From contig CM061247.1 of assembly GCA_022605425.2 (NCBI GenBank), positions 992,001-1,056,000 of the forward strand: DNA of 64,000 bases, given 5' to 3'. How positions within the stretch are numbered: position 1 is the stretch's first letter; every line of letters begins with the position of its first letter. Origin of the DNA: Hamiltosporidium tvaerminnensis FI-OER-3-3. Lineage: Eukaryota; Fungi; Microsporidia. Made by a program: the position numbers and the translations under genes. The notes under the pieces are model-generated. The model did not search any database. It was not told the origin of the DNA and saw only the letters and a list, made by a program, of their open reading frames with translations. Positions 11,747-21,382 of the stretch are shown here, in pieces.

Positions 11747-11985
11747 ATTTTTAAAGAAAAAAATAATTTAATAAAAAGCAGATTCATTAAACAAAATTTA
11801 TAAATAACTGATTTTTTAAAAAAAAAATAATTTAATAAAAAGCAGATTCATTAAACAAAATTTATAAATAACTGATTTTTAAAGAAAAAAATAATTTAAT
11901 AAAGAACAAATTCATTCATTAAACAAAATTTATAAAAAACTGATTTTTAAAGAAAAAAAAGATTCGTTAAAGAACAAATTTATCA
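11747..11985. repeat. Tandem repeat of ~62-66 bp, about 3.5 copies
   Basis: The unit GATTTTTAAAGAAAAAAATAATTTAATAAAAAGCAGATTCATTAAACAAAATTTATAAATAACT recurs between NMD3 and the U2AF-like gene. Confidence 0.85.
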
Positions 11986-12108
11986 AAGAAAATAAAGTAT
12001 TCCTAAAGACTATATTTATAAGATTATTTTATAGAAAGAGATTTACTAAGAAAAAAAATTGAGAAATATTTTTATTTAAAAAAATTAAACAAAAAAATAT
12101 CTCAAAAA

Positions 12109-13416
12109 TTACATTTCAAGACCAGTTAAATCAGCCAAAATATCTTCTTCTTCATCATATTCTCCAGAATTTTTCCCATGCGAACTAAACTCACTCTCTT
12201 CATTAAACGAAACCGCATTTCTATTTCTATAAAATTTATTCGTTTTTTTATTTTTACTTTTTTCAAAAAATCTTTTAACCAAAATAATTTGAAAATCACA
12301 TTCTTCTACATTTGAGATATTTGCATGCCCAAAATCGTATCCCAGCACATAATCACCTTCCTTCAAATACAAATGTGTTTTACAATGAACACTGGTTGTA
12401 TAATCAGTTGTTACATAAACATCATAGCAACATAATTGTGTTTGATTACTTAATTTCTGACTATATATATCACTTCCCTCTACCTCTTTACTGTACGCCT
12501 TTTTACTCACTCCTTCTACTTCACTTACAATAAACTTTCGTAAACTTTTAGATGAAAAAACCACACAAATTTCTTTTTCATTTTGCCAATAAAATTTGTC
12601 TGTAAATTCTACAACTTTTAAATTTTTAATATCCAAACAAAATATTCTTGTACTCACCTTAGTAACAAGCAAATATCTATCAACAGATAAAATTTTAGAA
12701 AGTCGTTCACTTATAAAAATTATATCATCTTTACACACAGGAACGATTTCAATAGAAAAACTGTATTTATAATTACTTTTGTTACTATTAAGATCCCTGC
12801 TTATAAGTCTTTCAGAGGTTTTTGTTCTACAACATACACTTTCTTTAACAAAATTAAAAAATTTTACTGCTTCTGCACGATCAAGAAAATAAAAATCGAC
12901 ACCGTCTTTTCTGTCTTTTATGTTCGTTATTTCACCCCCAATAATATTATTCTCAAGTAAAATATGTTCCAAATATAAAAAAGTTTTTTTGTGTTCTACT
13001 TTTTGACGTACTTGCACAATACAATTCCAAAACTGCTTAGCTTCTATTCTTTGACAATCTGTACATTGCTTGTTTTTTATAACAAATTTTATTTCTATTG
13101 GATGTTCTATGTTCTGATTTGTATAAATTATTTTTATTAAAATTCGCTTGGAATGCGGTTCGGTATATAAAAAATGTGCATCGTTTATTTCGTATTTGCT
13201 TGATACTTTCTTAAGAAGAATATCTAATAATTCTTTACTGTGCCATTCAGCAGAATACCATGATTTGTTGTATAAATATCTTGAACACGATCTACAACAC
13301 TCAATCATGTCATCTTTTTTAAAATCTGTGGTCGACATTTCTGTTGCTCTACAAAAATCACACATATTTAAATTACGCGGTTCAATTTGTGTGCCACATT
13401 TGCAACATAAAATCAT
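12109..13416 (-). CDS. NMD3: 60S ribosomal export adaptor NMD3
   Basis: N-terminal CCKCG..I.P...NMC..C, second CxxC pairs, FLYTEPHSKRI, VQVRQKV.HKKTFLYLE and DGVDFYF. Confidence 0.96.
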   Translation of the reverse strand: MILCCKCGTQIEPRNLNMCDFCRATEMSTTDFKKDDMIECCRSCSRYLYNKSWYSAEWHSKELLDILLKKVSSKYEINDAHFLYTEPHSKRILIKIIYTNQNIEHPIEIKFVIKNKQCTDCQRIEAKQFWNCIVQVRQKVEHKKTFLYLEHILLENNIIGGEITNIKDRKDGVDFYFLDRAEAVKFFNFVKESVCCRTKTSERLISRDLNSNKSNYKYSFSIEIVPVCKDDIIFISERLSKILSVDRYLLVTKVSTRIFCLDIKNLKVVEFTDKFYWQNEKEICVVFSSKSLRKFIVSEVEGVSKKAYSKEVEGSDIYSQKLSNQTQLCCYDVYVTTDYTTSVHCKTHLYLKEGDYVLGYDFGHANISNVEECDFQIILVKRFFEKSKNKKTNKFYRNRNAVSFNEESEFSSHGKNSGEYDEEEDILADLTGLEM

Positions 13417-13418
13417 TA

Positions 13419-13423
13419 GGGGG
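13419..13423 (-). promoter_or_regulatory. Microsporidian CCC motif upstream of the start codon (also at 7810-12, 11631-33, 56367-70 and 63250-52)
   Basis: A CCC run lies within ~0-20 nt of the ATG of all five housekeeping genes, against a very AT-rich background. This is an established microsporidian promoter signal. Confidence 0.75.
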
Positions 13424-14299
13424 ATCAGTTTTATTTGTTAAACGTTATAAACAAAAATTTTTTTATTAAATGGGTTAAAGAATAAAATTTTTGTACCAAA
13501 AACAGAAAGAAAAACATAAAATTATTGATAATGTTCTTACATTTTCTAAAAATTATAATAAAACTTAAACTAAAACACATCTGTACAGTGAAAGAAGTAT
13601 CTCTTTAGATAATTAGAAAATAATTTATAAAAAAAATATTTTATCTACTGCATATGAGCTTATAATAATATAGTTATTCAATATAGCATTATATTGTTTC
13701 ATGTTAAAACTATTTTTTAAAATTATGAAATATTCTACAAACTTTTGAAAAATATATTTCTTATTTGAAACAGCTAATTACTCTTTGAAACTTGGATCAA
13801 TAATTATTTCAAAAGATATCAGTATTAATCATATATACAAGGTTTGAGAAAAAAGTTATGAAGATCTCACCTAGACCCACATATATTACAACAAGTAATA
13901 TTCATAAATAGCTTTTTCTCAATACGTTAGTATAGTTTAAATGTCATAATATAAATTTAAAATTATTAAATATGAAAGAAGAAAGTATTTTTATCGCATA
14001 TTATTTTACTGAAACATATTGCTTAGTAAACATTTTTTTAGTAAATTAACAGAAATAAAAAATATTTGTGTGAAATATAAAAAAAAATTATTTTGAAATG
14101 AATTGAATCCATTGTGGATACAAAGAATAAAATATTCAGTAATAGAAAGATGGAATTCATCACTCAATTAGTTAAATTGTATGTCTTTTATTTTTGCTTG
14201 ATAGAATCTGTACGCTACTTCTCTCTAATTTATTAAATATTTATTTGAACAAAGAAATATAATAAAACAACTAAATAATTACTTGGAAACATACCTTTA

Positions 14300-15120
14300 A
14301 AAATAAAATTTATAAGCCCAGAGTCTCTAATTATTTTACGAGACAGTTTTAAAGAAAAAAATATCTATTCTTCTGTAACAAAATCTTTAAAGAAAATCAT
14401 GTGAGAGTTTAATTTAAAATATGATAATTTATTTAAGTCTATGATAGCAAAAACCAAGTCTTTGAATATATATCTTAACAAACACACGGTTTTAGTCAAT
14501 AAAATCCCTTAATAAAAAATTTAAGGGTATCGTTGCGCTATAATCAAGTTAAGTTTCGGAGATTATCTAAAAACTTTAAATCTAATTACATCACCAATCA
14601 AAATAATTCAAAAATTTAAATATTAAATGTCTTGACTTGTATTGCTATCAAATTGTTTACACTTTACTTGATGAATTTAAGAAATATGATTAATCAGCCT
14701 TCTAACAAAAATGAATTAGAAATTATTGATATTTTAATTTCTTTTAAAGTGATTTCCGGTAAAGTATAAAAGCTTTAATATTAATAGAGACATTGTGATT
14801 TTATAAAAACTACAAGGAGATTATTTCAACTGTACGATTATTTTCCGATTAAAAAAAGAGTAATAAGTAATTTTTTGATAAATTTTATGCATATTTTATA
14901 TGCTTCTAAGTTTAAAACCAAGTACTTGGCGCATTTCGCTAAGATCACAGTGAAAATGCAGTTTCTGCTTAAAAAACAAACCAGAAATGCTATTAAGTTA
15001 TAAAAGAAAACAAAAAAGTCATTAAAAAGTTTAGTGTATAAACCATAGAGAAAAACAAAATCTGAATGCCTTATAATTTTTAAAATCTTTGATTTAAAAG
15101 ATCAGAGGTATCTAAACTAC
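14300..15120 (+). mobile_element. Decayed relic of the RLE retrotransposon (pre-RT/RT region)
   Basis: AAGAAAATCATGTGAGAGTTTAATTTAAA (~14390) matches 1842-1870. TTACTTGATGAATTT resembles ~2173-2187. Confidence 0.65.
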
Positions 15121-17829
15121 GACTCACTGATGTATTTCTCAGGCTCCCTACGTTTTTTTTTGTATTGTAGGTTTTCTTTAGTAAGACAATAGAATAAAAA
15201 AATTATATTATAGATAATTTTTGTTAAGAACTTACAATAAAAGAATTTTTTTAATTAAAACGTTCAATCAACATTAATCGTATATTTTATTATTTCATAT
15301 AACCAATCCAAAGGGAAATAACAAATTGTGAGGCATAATTTATTATTAAGCAGATTAATGTGTAGTAGATTTGATTATAATGATTTTTTGAAGTTTTGGG
15401 TTAAATTTAACGTAAAATTATCAATAATGATTTCAAAGACTTATTTTCAATTAAATCCGAAATGTTCTTGTGTATTTCATGTTAAGCGTGTTTTTTTACA
15501 AAGATATGTAATGGCAAAGGATAAATAAAACCGCGAACAAATTTATAAGCGTGATTGAAATGTTTTACTAGAAGCCTCTATTAAAATTTCAATAATTTCG
15601 AATTTAAATAATTTCTCGTTAAATTTCACTTTAAAGCAAATCTATTAATTCAAATTGAAGTTATGGAGCCAAAATTTCAATAGTAGCAGTAAAAGAATTT
15701 CGAAAAATTCTAAATAGACGCTTACTAAATTAAAATCAAAAATACTGCCAAAAGTTATTTTAAAATTATCTGAGGTTTCAACTGAAAACTTCATTAGTAA
15801 TAATCTCTCTCGGTGTTCCACAAATGTTTGGTTTACGAAAATATAAAAATGATTTTGTTTTATTTGATATTTAAAAAAGACTATTTTTAGACGAATTGAT
15901 TTAATTTGAGTTTATAATTCAACTAGCATCTGTTTTTTTCTTTAAATTTTTTTTTTAAAGCGTTCATATGTTCTGTTAAATCTTTCAAAAACTTATTTCA
16001 ATGGTCTTTTTCATTATTTAGCTTTGAATGGGAATGATTCCATCCATTTTAAAATATTTCGATAATTATTATAATTTTGAAAAACTACTTATAAACTTGC
16101 CACGACTGATCCAGAGAACTTCTGTATAATAAGAAAAATATTTTCTTACCTTATTCAGTGCTATCGCCAAATGACGATAATATACTGCAAGAAATTCAGT
16201 ATAGATATTGATTGATATGGTCAGTTTTATATATCTCGAAATGTCCAGGTATTTTACACATAATAGCCTTTAAGAAATCCTACAATATATCAACGACTCT
16301 GAACCAGCGTCTTTTGCCACGAACGTCAATACAAGAGCAAAAATACCTTTATTATTCCCGGCAACCAGCTTTAATAAACACCAAGTTCTTCAATCTAAGA
16401 TTTCTTCTTTACAAGTTTTTTTTAATATATACAAAACAATGACGGTGCTGTAAATTCCAAAGACGTTAAGAGCTCTTCATATGTTTCAAAATTTTGATAA
16501 ATCTTTTGAAATAAAAGGTAACACCTGAATATACAAGAAACATTATTTGACTCATCAAGAGTTACAAAAACCTATTCCGGGTGTTTTAAATGTCAGAATA
16601 TGGTCAAATAATATTTTCTGCTGCGTGTATATATCTCTAACTACTTTGTGTGCAAACAAACCAATGTTCTTAAGCGTATTAACTTTTTTTGAAACATTTA
16701 TAATCACCCAACGATGATACGGTTTTTTTTATTAATTTTCTGCCTATAAAAGATTAACAAAGTTTTTCTAACAGATAAGCCATATGAAAACTAGGTTAGG
16801 TTGCGGCTATTTATCTTATATTTACTTCTTTAAACAACAATTTGATATTTAAATGATGGCTTTAACTCTCCATAATTTACTGTCGCAAATTTTAATGTTT
16901 CCCAAATATTTTTGAAAATTTTGATTTCATAATGATTTTTTATATTGTTCATTAAGAGCTGATATTATAGTTTTCCAAACAACACATATTACCCCATTGT
17001 TAACTATATAACAAAGACCCGAGTCTTTAATGTATTTTTAAAGTTCTGCATTCACAATATACCTGTCTCTTTTTGTCCGTATTCTTATGTATTTAAATTA
17101 AGTAAATAAAATAAATAGAAATACATTAAGCTTATATTAGATTTTTAGTTATAATAATGAGATTAATTATTTTCTTTGCCCCAGGTAAAACAATTAAGAA
17201 GAACCAAAAGTTATAAAAATAAGATATTTTTTCTATTGGAAAATGACTATGTGCATTTTTTCGATTATTTTACATATCATAACAATAGTGATGAGAAAAC
17301 AAAGATAAAAATAAAAAACAGTAAAGACATAAAAACATAATATTTGATAGTCCTAAAACGCTTTCCGATCTGACAGGAGATTATAAAGCAAAAATTGCAT
17401 CCCGCACTAGAGAATTGATTATATTGCTTCGTTTTACTGAATAGTTCGCATTGCGGTGTCGAAGTCATATTTGAAACCGATTAAACGGTTTTTGAGTTTA
17501 AGACGTTTTTATCGTCGATAATGTAGAGCAGATTAATTGTTTCTATTTTATGAACCACAAATTATTTTAAAGTGAATACTATACGTGTAAAATGAATATA
17601 AGATAGCCGATAGATTGTAGGCCAAGCGTAAAAAAGTAAAAGCATAATTATAAAAAAATAATTTTAGAATGGTGTTAATTATGCGTTTCCAGTAATTTAA
17701 AGATCAAAAAATTTAGTCTTTTCGAACTTAGCGATTTCTTCTCAATTTTCTCCATTTTTTTCTAACTTTTAATTTAAATTGGTAATTTGCTTTTGTAGTA
17801 ACTTAAAATACTTAACTACCCATAAATAT

Positions 17830-18190
17830 AAATGCATACATTCAGTTGATAGTATTTAAGAGGACAATCGAAACGATTTCATTTGATCAATGAAGAGGAT
17901 CCGAGTTGAGACCAAATTTCGAGGAATGCTGGTAAAGGGCGTGAATAGGTGTCATTAAGATTACGTAGATGAAGAAGAAATCAACATCCTTTTAAAATAA
18001 GTAAGTAACGAGCTAGATGTTCTTAAAAACTTTTAAATCAAAAATCATACACCCCATATTTCACATGGTGGAATCACACTAGAGGAACCGAAGATAAACA
18101 TAAATAAATATCAGATTTTAGAGCAGAAAATATTCTCCGATAAGAGGTACTAGAGAATGCATTAAAATAAAAAGATATTTTACCTCAGAA
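17830..18190 (+). mobile_element. 3'-end relic of the RLE retrotransposon
   Basis: GCATACATTCAG..ATAGTA..TAAGA..ACA.TCGAAAC.ATTTC.TTTGATC and AGAGGAACCGA...AACATAAAT align with ~4290-4565. Confidence 0.8.
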
Positions 18191-18362
18191 ATTTATTAAA
18201 TAAAAATATTTTTTTAAAGATTCGTCAAGATACATTTTTATTCTTTTGAATGTCTAATAGAAGTTTGACAGTTCATATGAAGCTTTATACATTAAACTTT
18301 AAGAAATAATTTTAAATATATTGATATAAAGGTTTATGTTTATTGGCCATTAATTCTATTTA

Positions 18363-19777
18363 TATGGGGGTTTTCAATCAATATAATAATCCTTGCAATC
18401 AATATCATAATTTTTCGATCAATATCATAATTGTTGCAATCAATATGATAATTCCTGCAATCAATATAATGATTATTTTTAAAAATAAAAAATGATTTAT
18501 TTCATTAAAAATTAACTTCCATGTCAGACTCTTTTTCAGGTAAAAATACCCACGAGAAAAAATATCATTTTTATGTCGATGAAACGCCAGAATGTATAGA
18601 ATGTGAAAATGATTTGCTTGTCTTGGAAAAATATCGTGATCACGCGATGAAAATCACCCACTAACCACAATTCCAACCTTGAGAAAACAAATAGTTTCTA
18701 ATAATGATCAAGAACGCATATTTGCAAATACATTTGAAGGCCATTCTATGTTAGCAATGGCCTCGATGCTTCGAATAAATTACAGACGATTAATAGTATC
18801 GTTGACGATTTTTTAAAACTGATTTGGTATTTCTCGAGAAAAGCGGTCTGGATAGGCGCTTAAAGTTAACTTTGTAAATCAAAAAAGGCTTACAAACCTA
18901 TGTTGATTTGGATGTACAAAAACCCTTCATGAGTTGGCAGAATGGGTCAACTGCAACATTTAATGTTGATGTGTCCCCTAGTACAATTGATCGCGCACTA
19001 AGAGAGTTCCATTAAATTCTAAAGCGTGTAACATTAGTGCCTGTGCGTAGAAATTCACCCTCGCAAATTGAGTTCAGGACAAATTACGCAACTAGTTTTC
19101 GTGAGTTGGAGGTTGATAATGATGACAAAAACTTTGTTTTTTTAGATGAATTTGGGGTTGCGGTAGTAATACACCTCAGTAGAGGCTGTAATAGGAGAGG
19201 TGAATCTGCATACCTATCTGTGACTCCAGCCCGAAGTAGAAATATTTTAGTAGTCGAGGAAATGAACAAATAAGGTAGGATATACCATAAGATTCATGAG
19301 AGAGCCATAAATGAAGAGGACTTCAGATTATCCATTAAGTAGATATATGAATGTGTCAATGGCAAAGGATTTCGACTTCTATATTTGTAATTTACAATGC
19401 GAGAATTCATCACTATCTTGGATTGAATGATGATGAGGAAATTGCCTCGTATCAAATAAAATACCTTCCACCTTACTCTCAATTTTTTAATCTAATTGAG
19501 AATGCATTCTCAGTCTGAAAAAATAAATTAACTCGAGATGGTGTCCATACGAAGCCTCAGTTGAGAATATTATATTTGTGAAAAATTTAATGAGATGACG
19601 ACAGAACATTGTAGTTCCTTTTATCAGAAAATATTGGCATTTGCAGGAGGCTGAGGTAGGATAAGCGATTCTTTAATAAATCTCAAGTAGTAATTATACT
19701 TTTATGTTTCAAATTTTATTTCTTGAAAATAATTCTTATATTGATTGCAGGATTATTATATTGATCTAAAAACCATG
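18363..19777 (+). mobile_element. Decayed Tc1/IS630-like DNA transposon
   Basis: Imperfect TIRs ((C/T)ATGG..TTTT..ATCAATATAATAATCC.TGCAATCAATAT) flanked by TA. Subterminal ~20-bp CAATCAATAT repeats. Transposase remnants FVFLDE and LPPYSQFFNLIENAFS. Confidence 0.85.
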
Positions 19778-20387
19778 TAAATCAATATGACCCTCGGAGT
19801 AATAATTTCCGAGATCCTTGTTTTAGATTTGTGGTTTAATTTTATTCTTTTCAATTATAGTTTGATGTTCAATAGAATTTGCTTCTTAAATTTACAAAAT
19901 TTTTTAAATCGAAACATTTTAAGTACCAATCAGGAATTTTAAGCCCTTTGTTTACCAACATTAATTTTATAAATGTCTTTACTAACTATTTTCGACATTT
20001 AGTTTGATAATGATTCTCTTTGAGATATAAACAAGTGGTTTTGTTTTCTATGTTGTCTCTATTTATTTATGCTACATTTTATTTAATTCAGAGGTTTTTT
20101 AAAAAATACATTCTATTTATTTCAAAACACTAAAATCAAATGTCAAAAATAAAATATTTCTTCGACCCTTCTTAGAAATGCGACCTAAATCGTTTTGGAA
20201 AAAACGTATGACCGAGGATTTCAGTTTCTCATGATAAGAGAAATGAGTAATTTAAAACTGGGCTCGTTAGGTGTTGTGGAAAACGTATACAAAACACCTA
20301 CTAGAAATTATCATATTCATATATTATGACGCAAACTCAATCCTAATTTTGCTATAAAATAAACCAATATTATTATGTTCGTCATTA

Positions 20388-21114
20388 GTGGAGGGAGGAT
20401 AACCACATAAAAAACTTTCTGCTTGGCAATGAGTGTATGAAACTAGTGTGAGGTCATTGTTTAGATATAGGGTGTGATTACAACCACACTACATCTTCGG
20501 TTGTTCCATGGGAGTTGTTATGAGGAGGAGAGGTCTAAGAAATGGAGAAACTTTTTCTACAAATTTATTTGTAGTTTTTTATGTAACCAGATTGCAGACC
20601 GCAGCTGAACATGTAGGTAATTGCCATGTAAAAGCATGGAAACCTAGCCTTGCTCACTCGCGTTAGAAGACTTAGCGCCCGGAAGATATAAAACAAAAAA
20701 ACCATTTAAAGCCAGGAAAGCTAAGTAGCAGGTTATACCTGTTGGTATGACATTGCACTGTCTAGGTGACCCATGTAAGTCTCTGAAATATATCTTAGCT
20801 AGAAGTTTATTGGGTTCAGAAAGTGTAGAGTAAATGGGAATGCTGCATAGTCTTGGGGGAGCCCAGGGGGGCTTCGGCCTTCGATCACACTCCATGCAAA
20901 GGGCATTAACGAACTCCGGGCAACTTCCTCGCCTATTAATTAGGTTCTACACACCTGGTAGATGAAAGGCTTTGGGACGTAGGTATCGCAGGGGTTACCG
21001 ATGGAGTGTTGGGGTAGCAGTCATTTATGTTAAACCTAGAACTGCGTTAATGTCATAAAAACAAATATAACACTTGCCACTATTTTAAAAAGATGTGATA
21101 CTTTTAAATAAAAA
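20388..21114 (+). mobile_element. Long (~727 nt) non-coding SINE-like retroposon, copy 1
   Basis: Perfect 16-bp TSD ATTATGTTCGTCATTA at 20372-87 and 21115-30. A-rich 3' end. Homologous to 51919-52632 and 63890-64000. No conserved ORF. Confidence 0.9.
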
Positions 21115-21382
21115 ATTATGTTCGTCATTACATTTAACTTTAACTAAAATATTAAAAAAGAAATTTGACAAATTATTCAACACTTCAAGAAAATTATATA
21201 AGTTAATTCTATAAATCATTAAATCTGTAAAAGTATCACAATTTTAAAATCTGAAATAAATCAATAGAAAACCAGAGGAACAATAATTTATGTGTTTAAA
21301 GATGTAATTTTTACTATCGATTTATAAAAATATCTGTAAAGCAAAATTTTGTTTAAGGAAGAACAAATATTATTAAATAAAA

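Noticed and set aside
16000-17100. Possible decayed transposase or integrase
   Set aside because: Composition suggests former coding DNA, but no catalytic motif could be read with confidence.
18375-18470. Short direct repeats as a CRISPR array (likewise 11747-11985)
   Set aside because: No unique spacers, eukaryotic context and no cas genes. These are transposon end repeats and a tandem repeat.
20426-20445. AATGAG...GAAAC in the shared head as a hammerhead ribozyme
   Set aside because: It lacks the CUGANGA core and a proper stem II, and it is not conserved in the short family.
20711-20735. CCAGG...AGCAGG as SRP RNA helix 8
   Set aside because: There is no stem with a GNRA loop between the motifs, and they are altered in copy 2.
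20595-20852. CCGCAGC and GCATAGTC as group I intron Q and S elements
   Set aside because: No matching P or R partners were found, and the TSD and tail point to retroposition.
20644-20895. Short ORFs inside the SINE-like copies (20644-20895, 51985-52206, 63538-63735)
   Set aside because: They are not conserved between copies, with indels and different frames or strands.
20775-21000. GTAAGTCTCTG/CAGGGGTTAC as RNase P/MRP P4
   Set aside because: The bulge and the surrounding helix order do not fit, and pairing is weaker in copy 2. It remains a possible long-range contact only.
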